A stretch of DNA of 64,000 bases from Paraspadella gotoi (Eukaryota; Animalia; Chaetognatha). Under the pieces are notes generated by a model that was not told the origin of the DNA, made no database searches, and saw only the letters and a program-made list of their open reading frames with translations. The stretch is taken from positions 13,043,407-13,107,406 of the forward strand of contig CM119270.1 of NCBI GenBank assembly GCA_051294375.1, in the 5' to 3' direction. The position numbers were made by a program, and so were the translations under genes. Shown here in pieces: positions 44,901 to 56,651 of this stretch; positions within the stretch are counted from its first letter, which is position 1; each line of letters starts with the position of its first letter.

Positions 44901-47900
44901 GATAGGTCCCCATGTTGCTAAGATTGCTGTTATCATACTTATTTAATCTTTTGAGATAAAAAAAAATTTTAGTTAAGTTTTTACCGAAAAACAAAACATT
45001 TTTCGGTTTCAATTTGTTCAAATTTTGCTATTTTATTATGGAAGAAACATTTTACAAGTATATTTTTTATATTAAATAAAATTATTGAAATTTAAAAGAG
45101 AAATTAAGCTCGTCCTAACATTATGGTGCTTTCTCGAAAAACAGTGGTGAGCCTGGTGGGAACCATCTTGACCGGGTTGTTCGTGGGAACCGTTGTAGAG
45201 GACGTCGTCGCCTACATCATCCTGCGCGCCATCAACGGTTTATTTTATTCCGCCTACGTCTTGATGTCCTTCGTTATTGTCATCGAAATATTCGCCGCCA
45301 AGTATAGAATGATGTACGATATGATCGCAGAAGGTAGGTCGACCGGTGAGATTTCGCCAGTAAAGTTTTATGAAATGAAATGATCTTTCCGTCAGTCGTG
45401 TGGGGCTTCGGCGCGGCGAGCATCGCTTTCTACCTCTACCTCTTTCCCCAATGGCGTCACTTCACCATCTTTATATCTGTGCCGCTCACCGTGGGCTTCA
45501 TCTTCATATTCTTCTTTCCCCCCGACACTCTGCCCTGGCTGATGGCCAACGGGCGCCAGGAGGAAGTGCGTGATTATCTCAAGAGCAAGTTCGAATCCAA
45601 AGGCCTAACCATGGTTTATTTAACGCCGGCTGAAGTGGAGGCGCGGGAACGAGAGCAGCAGGCGGGCACGGCGGCCGCGGCCGTCGATTCTCCGCGCCGC
45701 ATGATGACCAACTTTCGAGTCTTGATACAACTCGTCATTCTCGCTTTCGTTTCCCTGGTCAACTCTCTCGTCTTTTACGCCCTCTCGCTAATGTCGACTG
45801 GATTGTCCGGAGATAAGCACGTCAACCTTTTCTTAGCCGGTATCGTGGAGGTGCCGGGATACGCCCTGGCTGGCCTGTCTTTACATTTCATGGGACGTCG
45901 AGGGCCCACCTTTTTTTTCCACGTCATTGTGGGCGTCTGCTTGGCTTCCGTCGTCGCCATTAACGTCTTCGGCCCAGAGTCTCGTGGAACTGGATTGAAC
46001 GCCGTCTTTCTCATCTTCTACTTTGGCGCTAAATTTGGGTAAAAATAAAATGGTTAAACTATTCCAACTCTACGAATACGAATTGTTTTTCTTTCTTTTT
46101 CAGAATTTCCGGATCTTACGCCATCGTGTTTCTTTTCACGCCAGAGATTTTTCCGACGAACATAAGAAACACTTCGCTGGGAATCGTTGACTCAGTCGCG
46201 AGACTTGGTGAGAGAGTAGTATGGTTGTGAAACAAAAGTATTGGCTACGAATATGAAACGAATTTTCTTTTACTCCTTCCTAGGCGGCGTTTTGGCCCCC
46301 TTTTCGTCATCTCTAGCCGAAGTATACCCTTCCCTCCCCGCATTTCTCTTTTCCATATTAGCCTTCATCGCCGCAGGTCTGGTTCTTTTCCTCCCTGAGT
46401 CCCACAACCAGAAACTTCCCGACTCTCTTGCCGATCTTGAGACTCTCTACTCCGGGACGAGGTTCTGGAGCATGACTGGAAAAAGGCATCGACCCAGAAA
46501 GACTGATCCCGTAGGCGCTAACGACCGAACGGCTGAAAGCTTTTTGTAAAGCGTATTGGAGACAAATGGAAGGCCCCGGAGAGAGGGAAACCCGAAGCCC
46601 TTGGGCCGTTCGAATCGCATTTTCATTTCTTCATATCTTTTTTTTTTTAACTCTCACCCAGTATTGAGTTAAACTGAATTAAATTTATAATACCTTATTT
46701 AATATTGTTTGTTAGGCTTATTTTAATTTTAAATTGCTGTATCCTATACTGCTTTGATTTAGATTTATATGATTATGGTTAAATTTTGATTGTCACTTCA
46801 TTATTCATAGCTACATATTAGAGGCGTTACCGTTAGTTATCCAAACTAGAACTATCCTTCAGACGACCATGAACGCCATTTTGTTAACTAAATTTGTCGT
46901 ATTTTAACTAAACTATTGACTAAATTTGTTTTATGGAAAACTACATTTTTTACGGTCTATTTACATGCAGTATAGTTCTTTTAATTCTAAATTTATCAAT
47001 AAAGCAAGTGTCTGTGCACTAAAAAGTGCGTTTGGATAGTATACTTGTATTTGTGTATTTGTTTACTTTTTAAATCAACCAAAATAACATTCAGGAGGAA
47101 CGTTTGTTTCACAAGCATGGTAATTTGTAAGTATTCGGTTATTGAATCTGATTCAATGACTTTTGTTGACCGATCTTCCACCAGTTGATAATCTCCTATC
47201 ATTTGTTCCTGAATACAGGGTATCTTATTCACCTTTCTTTGTTAATCCATCCGTTCTTAAAACATGGTTAGCTTTTTGTTTTCTATCCCCCAAATGTTAT
47301 CCCTTTCAATGCATCAGGACCGATGACACAACGACCGATTTTCAGTTCCATTTTTATAAATTCTTATGATTGTTAGTTGTTCTTAAAGTATTGAAATATA
47401 ATCCCATATTGGAATTTCTAATTACTTACCTAATAAAATGATAATCTGAGAAATTTCATCACTTGAAAAAGTACAATAGGATATTTTATGAAACAAAACA
47501 CTGTAATTTTTAATAGCCAGTTAATACATGTCGTTCTCTTTGCTTCCCAAGCTAAAATCCAAAAGCAGAGCAGCTGCGTGATTGGAGAATGGAGAATGAT
47601 GAATGCAATCAATTAAGAATGATTAAAGTTAAAAATGATTACACTCTCGTCTACACCTTCCCCTGCAGTCTCTACGGCGCCAACCAGTTGGAAGTCGACT
47701 TCCGGTTTCTCCGCGATTGGCTTGACGAGAAGCTCAACTCGACGACTGTGCGTCGCGCCATCTTCGACCTTGAGGTCTTTGCTTACATACGGGGAGTTTG
47801 CGCTTGTCTCTCGCGGCAACCGCCGGCAGGGGGCGGAAGGAAAGTTTCAAGAGGCTCGCCTTCGAGACGAGAGGGTGAGTCATTGTAGTCCTGTTGAGGT

Positions 47901-48619
47901 ACAAAACAAAGGGCGCCGAGAGTAAGCCTTGATGTTTATGACGTTTTGACTCGTAGGATTGATGTCGATCTCCGGAAGAAGTCACCGCGTCTGCGTTATC
48001 GGTGATCACGTACAAGGACATATGGAGCCTCATTCTTCGCCAAAAGGTTCTTTTCTTCTCGTATTTTATTTTTCTGTAGTAGCTTTAGTTATCGAACCTT
48101 TTTCTTTTAAGGAACCACCGTGCTGGTCCCGCCCCTCGCCGATCGCTTGTCTCCCCACCTAACGAACGGTGGTGCCATCAATGTCCGAGGAACTTCGCAG
48201 CAATCATTGCTCGGCGTCGAAGAAGACTCCTCGAGCGGCGTCAGCCCAAAGCTCCAGCCAAAGGTACGTATGACCATTGGCCTACCGAAGGCTCCATATG
48301 TGTTGGAGGTGAATCCCATTCGAAAGTGGCCCTTAGGAAGCCTCTTTTATCACTCCTCGTGGATTATTCTATAAACTTAACCACACCCTTTCTTAAGCCT
48401 CGAGTGAAGACTTCTTCTTCTTACAACAACTCTGCGGTAGAAGAGGATCCCCACGCGGCCCGACAGATCGATGACGCCGACGAGGACGCCGACCTCGTCA
48501 GCTCCTTGCCAGACGCCGAGGATTGGCTAGCTCTCCGCGTCGTCGGCGGCGCCAGGAGATGGAGCCTCCCCAACTTTCCCAAACTCAAGTGTTTCTCCGC
48601 CGCCTCCTCCGCCAAATAA
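35966..48619 (+). CDS. CCDC142: CCDC142-like protein; many exons; 5.9 kb intron at 41780-47668
   Basis: Family-like segments LLNVLANERAK, SKYIEEAVVVLLLPVVDG...ALGEEWMKVFLKQKIRV|SLYGANQLEVDF...RGVCACLSRQP, and a C-terminal EDWLALRV. The junction 41779|47669 is in phase. Confidence 0.78.
43029..43201. mobile_element. Mutator-like MITE with internal telomere-like repeats
   Basis: Imperfect TIRs of about 33 nt starting GG, a 9-nt flanking duplication GCCTTTTTG/GCCTTTTTT, and internal GGGTTAGGGTT repeats. Confidence 0.7.
43989..46549 (+). CDS. SLC22-family organic cation/carnitine-type MFS transporter; 7 exons; nested in a CCDC142 intron
   Basis: PPHHCK in the large loop, CDRGWHY, SIVSEWDLVCDKSW, GDFLGRR, EIFAAKYR, FTPEIFPTNIRNTSLG, LVLFLPESHNQKLPDSL; stop TAA 46549. 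Confidence 0.92.
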
Positions 48620-49855
48620 AGGGTGGATGGTGGAGATGCGATTAAAAATGATGGAGACTCGAAATTATAGGGGGGGCGGTTTAAGCGGTTAAGCAAAGGT
48701 TTTTAAACCTAGAAAAAAAAAGCTCTACAACCTTCAACTTAAACTTTCAAACCTGACCCAAAGCGGACGACTACGTTAACCTCTCGACGCGCCCACTTGT
48801 TACCTTTTTCGTCGAAAAAGCGATAACGATATATTATCGGTTGCATTATTTTTAATAATTGTATTATCGACAGTAAAGCACGATTCCTTAGGTAGTTGCA
48901 TAGCTAGATTTATCTTCAGACAAGAAGACCATGTTCTCAAACACGATTTTCGTCAAGTTTTAAAATGCAATCACTTCGGTTGATATTTATTTTTAATTGA
49001 TATTATTTATTTATTCATTCGACCTTATCTTATTCCAAAAGATAACAGATTTGACCGAACATTTAAACTCGTTGTGTCATTTGTCTTAATTTAAATTTTC
49101 CTTGCGAATGTTCGATTAGGTAGTTTTAAAACAATTTGCCAAATCTTTCCCAACGTTAAAGCATTTAAATAACCTTCATTCTACATTGTTCGTTGTGCTA
49201 AGATTTCGCTCTAGTCATTTTAATCACTTTTGTTAACGGCCTTAAATCGAGGAACCTCTTTTAACGACAGTTAATTAACGATTGCGATTCGTGAATTTTA
49301 AGCGGATTTTGTTATTTCCAATGGAAGTTTTTGCCTCCTTTGTGCTGTAAATCTCTCGAGTGAAGTGGATAAAAGTTTTGAATCCATTAACAAGGTCAAT
49401 GACTTCAACCACGGCTACTAGTCTTATACTAACTGAATTACTAACTAACTCTAAAAAAAAAGATTATGGCGCCAAGAAGGCAAGAAGTTTCAGCTTTTTT
49501 CGGTTAATTCCATGTCAGACAAAAACGTTCACTTGTTCGAAAAATTTTGTTACGTTTAAAATTTATTTTGTGTAAATATAACCCCACTTTTACGACGTTA
49601 AATTTTATTTCTCTTGAATTAGGGACACTGAAGAGTGAAGTTATGTTTTAAAAAAATTAACACTAATGGCGATTTTAGTAATAGTCAACTCGACAATGTT
49701 TGCCGTTTATATTTATTTGCGTATCACTTAATACGATATTAAAAAATACGAAGTTCCGTATGAAAAGTTCCATTAAAGAAGAAAGTTACAAAGAGTTGGG
49801 ATTAAGACCGAAGACGTTCAATTGATGCCACCGATTACCATTCCCCGCCTCTGGA

Positions 49856-52800
49856 TCATGGGTTGTTCGCCGAACGGGCCGTCCCCGTCCATATCGCCCA
49901 CGGCGTCTCCTTCGTACCCCTGCTAATACAAACAAAAGATTTCTAACGCTTTATAGTAGTTCGATTGGAAGTATTTTTTTTTTTTGCCAAGTTCAGAATT
50001 TTACTAAATCTTTCCAACTGAATTTAAAAAAAAATTCAACACTGCCTCTTATAGTTTCGCGGTTAGGGGGGTTTAGGGTTTAAGGAATTAGAAAATAAAT
50101 TTTTAAAAAAGCCATAACCCCAGTCGGCGAAAGTAAAATTTTATCTACCAATCTCTTACCGCGGAAAATTCGTTGAGGGAAGAGGGAACGAACCCGTGAC
50201 TGTATAGCTCGCCCATCTCGAAAGCGGAGACGGTGATGTTGAGCAACAGCACCAGCATAGACAATACCGCCACGGAGTTGTTGAGAATATTCGCGGATCT
50301 TTGCTTTACCTTGTCCTAAAGATAGAAATTCCATCTCTTAACCATTGGTTAATATATATCTCTAAATACAAAATGGAAAAACTGATTCTCAACAAAAATT
50401 CAACTCAAAAATTTTTAGTTGATCAATATTTTTTTTTCACCTAAACTTTCAAATTCAGCCAATCAAGCGCTCGGGCAACCAATCACCTTGATGTTCGTTT
50501 TTCCCAACCAAGCGGCAAAAGCTCCAATGATTAGCAGGAGTGAAAGACTGGCAACCAACATACTGATGAGGGGCCAGTAGAATTTGTTGTTGCTCGGCCT
50601 AAAAAATTATTCATTAACATTAACAACTTTCACAATACAAAAGGAGAGAATATTTGATTTCGATTAAAAATTGATTTCCAATTTTTTTTTTTAGTGTGGT
50701 CAATGACTGGTCATGTTGCCTCACCTTTGCAGCAAATTTTTGAGCATGAGGACATTGTTGGTGATGACGGAAATGATGAGAAGGGACGAAGCGACAGTTT
50801 TCTTTGTGGCGTAACTGTTGTAGTCGAGCTTCCGTGATGTGGATTGTACTTCACCCTGACGAGAGAAAAAATATTTGTCAAAACTCAAAAGTAAAGATTT
50901 TTTTTCTCATAGTCGAGAGAAAACATTTAACATAAAACAGTTAAGATATAACATTTTCAGGAGGATAGTTATTTTTTCGTTGAAAAAAATAATCAATGTA
51001 GACGCTCAATTCTTTTATTCATAATTGTCTCATTAAAAAAAAGGTGGCTCTGTAATAGAGCCAAACTTCGTCAATGGGTGGGTCAGAAATTTGATTTGGG
51101 AACCTTTCCAAATGAACTTCATACATTTCTGAGAAAACTTTCAATGGAGCAAAATTTTCTAAAAGGCAAGAAGCATTAGTAATTAATTTTTATATTTATT
51201 TATAGATAGGAAATGTCAAAATTTTTTTTGGATTTTTTATTTTTAAAAGCAGATTCAAATAGCTTATGAAAAGTTATCTACACAAAGTATAATTCTTTTT
51301 TCAATATTTTGATGATAAGTGGGTTAAAATTGAGAAAAACCTTAAAAAATCATCATCATCATCATCATCCGATGATTTTAGCAGTTTTTACTAATTTTTA
51401 GTAATAAAAACATCAAAGTTTTAAAAAGTTGTAATTATATTTTTTGCTTAACTTTTTAAGCTCTATCAGAATCAATAAAAAAAACTTAAAATATCCAAAA
51501 AAAATTTTTAACATTATATAGCAATATAATAATATTAATTAGCGAATTACTCATGGTTCAGAACATTTTTGCCAAAAAAATATTTTAACACAATAATTAA
51601 TACCAATAATGGATTAGTTTAATGCTGTTCCCATTAAATTTGAATTTGGTCGGCTACCGCTATCTGTAACTGTAGTTATTTAATTCATCCAATGTAGTTA
51701 ATAACCAAAAAAAATTACCTGCTCGGATGAAAACATGGTGTACGGATCAACGAGCATAGTACAAATTAGAGTCGTTATTCAACATTGTACTACTCATTTT
51801 GAGAGCGACAACGGATGTTTTGCTATAGAGTCGTAGAAGAATATGATTATGTGAAGACATAATGTTGAACACCGTACGCTTAAATTTATATGAATTACAT
51901 TTAAGCAATATTAACCGAAATATTTTGCTCCTTTCTAAAAATATATGTGTTAACCTTATAAAACGATGTTATACTTCAACATTACGACAACGGATGTTAA
52001 AATAAACATTACTTTTTCGGAGGAAAAACTCTTGGCGAGAGACGAGAATTCTGCCGAGGAGCCAGAGTCCGAGTATTTTCCGGATTTGTCACCGAGGGGA
52101 GAAAAAAAAAGAGAACTTACTTTTTTTCCCTTTTTTTTTAATCTGCCAGGGCCTGCTTTTTTTACGCATCGAAAGTAAGTTTGTCACGTTTAGAGTAAGG
52201 CCACTAAATTTATTTCGTCTTTCTCTAAACTTTGTCTCAAGACAGAGACTCAGTTTTTAAATTTTTTTAAATCAGTTAGGTTCTATAGGAAGGCGAAGGT
52301 GCGATCGAAATCTAATGATTGGAGAAAATTTTATGAACATATGGTAGAGGGTTAAAGTGAACCGCTACGACGAATTAAATGAGACAAAATATGCCAATTT
52401 TAAACCAAATACATTGCTTGTTGTAACACATTCATCGCTTGTCCCTCGTTACAGCATCGCGTCAAGGGAACAAAAACTGAAAAAGGTTTCCGCGTCGCGG
52501 CGAATTTGCGGTTCACTATTATTTTTCATTTTAATATAATTCTTTTAATTGGTTATGTTTTTAATTCTGAAAAAACTTGACAAAATTGAACAAAAGGACA
52601 CACAAAAAGGACACACAAAAAATCACGAAAAAAGTTTAGTTAATTATTAATAAAGTTAAGCAAGTAATAAATATTTTTTTATACATGTACGAACCAAAGC
52701 ACAGATTATCGTCAGTTATTCCACTCGGGGCCGAGAGTAAAAAAAAAGACGGCCGGTCTAAAATGTTTAAAAAGTGTCAAGGAATTTCGTGGATTTTTTG

Positions 52801-53426
52801 GCCGGAGACAAAACCAACGAGAAATATAACGACGGAGTGAAGTTTATGCGGAAACCAGAGGAAGTCGCTTCTCTTTTAATGTTTAATCTTTTATATATAT
52901 ATATATATATACACACTCGAGTTTTCTTTTCGTGACGATGACACGACACACAGTCAATGACTCAATCGTTAAGATTTGAATTCTGTGTACAATGTACACT
53001 GTACACTGTACATACTACATGACGGGTTTCAGAGATCGTTTCTTTCGCAAAAATTATTCGACGGATTCATGGCTTCGTACTTTTTGATCGGACTTATTAA
53101 AAATGCTTTTGAAAACAATGCTGATTAAAACCGAGATAAAAAAATCCTATTTTGACTGCACGTGAATCTTTATCTTCGCAAATGCAATAGAGAAATTTGG
53201 AGATGAGATGAGATTGAGGAACTCTATCTCATCTTTTGCAACAGTAAAGATTATTTTTCATGTCTTATGATTCAGTTTTACACCAACAACATGTCGTCAA
53301 TATATGTCTTAAACTATTCGGGAAGTACGAGCTACTTACCCTGTGCAGGTGTTGATCATGCGCGGGAGGAGGAGGAAATCGCTGCTGCTGTCGCTGCTGG
53401 TGATGATGATGATGCGAATGCTGCAT
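49856..53426 (-). CDS. Ninjurin-family protein; core exons about 50725-50856, 50487-50597 and 50194-50315, last exon about 49856-49920; alternative first exons 51719-51757 and 53340-53426
   Basis: The spliced translation DYNSYATKKTVASSLLIISVITNNVLMLKNLL...FYWPLISMLVASLSLLLIIGAF...ANILNNSVAVLSMLVLLLNITVSAF matches ninjurin architecture. The last-exon frame is uncertain (alternative stop at 49818). Confidence 0.82.
50061..50145. mobile_element. Partial second copy of the telomere-like MITE, in a ninjurin intron
   Basis: GGTTAGGGGGGTTTAGGGTTT followed by the right-TIR-like CCCCAGTCGGCGAAAGTAAAATTTTATC. Confidence 0.6.
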
Positions 53427-54603
53427 CTTTTACTTTAAAAGACAATTGAGACCGATGGAGAAAGGCTTTCTTATCGGAATGAAATTTGGGTCCGAGTATC
53501 AGATATCAGATATCAGATATCAGATTTCAGATTCGCCAACGACACGAATGACGAATCCAGAAGGATTTCCGTTGATATTCATGCCGGTCGTTCGTGCTTT
53601 TGCCCGGGCATTCCATCGCGACTTTGAAGCAGCGCGGGCAGAGTGTTTAGTCCTTTGAATTCAGCTGCTTCCGGTGAGACATTAGCTAAAGTTAATGACA
53701 TCCGGGTTGAAGTATCATAAAGTTTAACTTAAGGAATGAAAAGTGAGATAGCAAATGCTTTTCAACCGAGCTCTTAACGATTAAGAAGTCGTTGTTGTTG
53801 TTATTGTCGCTGCCGAAAATATTTTCGACGCCGAAGACGGTAATAATTAACCAGATTGTAATATTAACACTTTATTAAAAATTAAAATACTCTCAAAATC
53901 TTTTTTTTTAAATAATACACATACACGACCAAGTTTTTTTCTTCGTTTTGACCTTTACAGCCAAGAAATTGACGAAGCAACAGTTGACGCGAAACTTGAA
54001 AAATTAAAAAAAGGGGAAAAAATTAGAATCTGGACGCTGAGGAGAAGCTTTGGAAATTATCTGAGTTTCTTTATTTAGTAATTCCTTCGATTGGTCGTTG
54101 AGGTGAAGGGAGGCGTCGACGAAATTATTGCAAATGAGACTTACGTTTTTCTCTTCGTTTCCTTTTCTTTAGGCGTCAAGTTTGGCCTCCTCTCTTCTCT
54201 CCTCTCTCTCTCTCTCTCCTCCTCTCTCTCTGCTTCCTCCTCTCCCTCTCTCCCTCTCTTTTCTTTTTAAGAAAAAAAAGGGTTCCCTCCCCAACAACAC
54301 TAGACCTTTGTCACTGTTCTTGGATTCGTCGCGTTAAAATATCTAAATATAATACATTGATTGTTAAAATCAAAGGCTAATTAAATATCTAATTAAATAT
54401 ATAATATCTAATATCTAATATCTAATGAAATATCTAATTAAATATCTCAAGAAATGTACGCGAACTTTTCACAGTTTTCTAACTTATCAATGTTTATGTT
54501 TATGTTTTTGTTACGTTTTCTAAATATCTATTGACTTGAGAAAGATGTTTTTCATTTTTCGTTTTTCCGAACATCGAATGTGAGGTGGAATCACGGAAGT
54601 CAC

Positions 54604-54663
54604 CGAGGATGAAGACGACGATGAAGACGACGATGAAGACGACGATGAAGACGAAGACGATGA
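54604..54663. repeat. 12-nt minisatellite (GATGAAGACGAC)n
   Basis: About four near-perfect units are visible. Confidence 0.85.
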
Positions 54664-55458
54664 CTCCGACGATCATTTCCTTGCTGTCTCCCTTTTTTCG
54701 TCACCCTTCAAGTAAACAAAAGAATTAGTGTTAAACGAAAGGATTATAGAAAGGGTTGCGGAAGCGAATCGCGGTTTTTTTTCGGGAATAATTTTTTTTT
54801 AATCTTCTCGGTTGTTCCTAATTTCTTGGCGGAAGGTTATTAAGGATGATTATTAAAACGGATTAATTACGCGGCTTGTATTTTGTCTAAGACGGCTGGA
54901 ATAATATGTGTATTTTAGATCAAACATTTATTTGTTATATTTCAAACCATTTATTTCGTCATACTTGAATTTTCAGTCCTAAAACAGCGCAGCGAGGGCA
55001 GTGGGCAACACAAATCGTTCAGTTTAGTCTTTAGAGTCACCTTCTCGATCTTTGCTTGATTTAATTGGCTGAGAAGTAAAACAAGAAATCGCAAAACCCC
55101 ATCGAACAAATATGAGCTCAAAAAGTTGATTATTGGCCCAATAATAAAAATAAGCGCAAAGAGATAAAGCGCGTTAAAAAAACCGGCGAAAGACTTTTGA
55201 TCCAAAAGGTCAAAGCCGATCCTGGACAGAAAGAAAAGAGTGAAGGGCTATTGACTTGGTTAATTGGTTAATTTCCTCATGACCAACCACGGACCGTCCC
55301 TCCCCCCACTGGAGACGACGAAGACAAAAAGCCTCCCACAAAAACTCCCGGTCTTTCGTTTCCGTCTTTGAAAAAAGATCGACGGTCGATCGTGAGATGA
55401 GAACAGATGAAGCTGACGATGTCGACGATGATGACTCTCCTCTCTCATAATCCAGACC

Positions 55459-55485
55459 CTCTCTCTCTCTCTCTCTCTCTCTCTC

Positions 55486-55543
<58 letters not shown>
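55459..55543. repeat. (CT)n microsatellite
   Basis: Directly visible. Confidence 0.95.
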
Positions 55544-55545
<2 letters not shown>

Positions 55546-56050
55546 GCTTTCTCTCGCACTTATCGCTCTCTGTTCAGTCAAGTAACGATTTTCGAAGAGA
55601 TTGGATTTTTTTTTTCCTTTTCGTTTTTCTCTTTAGATTTATGCGAAATAAAAAAAAAAAAAATAAAATGCAATTAAAAAAATCGGAAATATCTATAATT
55701 TTATTCAAGAACCTAACAACTATTTCAATCAATTAAAAATTGACGAAAAAAAAACGGAAAGAAGGTGAAATAAAATTAAAATTTTCGTTATTTTTTTGCG
55801 GATTAGGATCTAAAAGAAAACGGATTTTATTTTTTGTTTTGCGTTTCGGTTGTTGGGCGGCGATCGATGCTTTATTTTTACTAATAAAATTTTAATCGTT
55901 TAGTCGTCTTAGAATACACCCAAGTATGGATAAGGCTACTGATCGAATAGTTTATTTCTTTTATTTTTTATCGCATGTTAATGAACTCGAGAGCATGTAC
56001 CTGTTTCACTGTTTTTTCGTTATGAGGATTTGTGTCGGCCATTGAGTGAG

Positions 56051-56056
<6 letters not shown>

Positions 56057-56094
<38 letters not shown>
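56057..56094. repeat. (GA)n microsatellite
   Basis: Directly visible. Confidence 0.95.
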
Positions 56095-56095
<1 letters not shown>

Positions 56096-56651
56096 ACAAG
56101 AGCGGGGGGCAATCTGTTCATGATTGTGGGAGGGAAAAAGCTCGGATTCAAACTTTTTTAAACTTTTTAAAATAGTGAAAAACAAAGCCGTGGACTATTT
56201 AATAATTTAGTATTTATAATAGCTAATCCTCTTCGTTAATATAAAGGAAAACAAAACATTCACCCGACATTTTTTTTTAATACATCCAATATATTATATA
56301 CACATCCTAAATATTTTCTTGTTCCACTTACCTTTTTAAATGAAACATATTCGTAATTTAATTAAATACAGTTATAAACCTTGAAAGTTTTACATACATC
56401 CTAAGGCGGATTCGTTCTCGCTCAAAAGACGTCGACATTCGACGCTTGCAGCAACAAAAACAACAACAACAACAAAAAAAAAAACAATATGTAATCTCAA
56501 GTCCAAAAGAATTAAATTAACTTCAATTGCATTAACCAAACAAGTTAACTAAACCACTTAGTCAAAGTGTAAACAAAGTACTACTACATAACCAATCAGT
56601 AGGAAATGCTCGAACAGTAATAATTGGTCAGAAAAATCATCCATCGCATCG

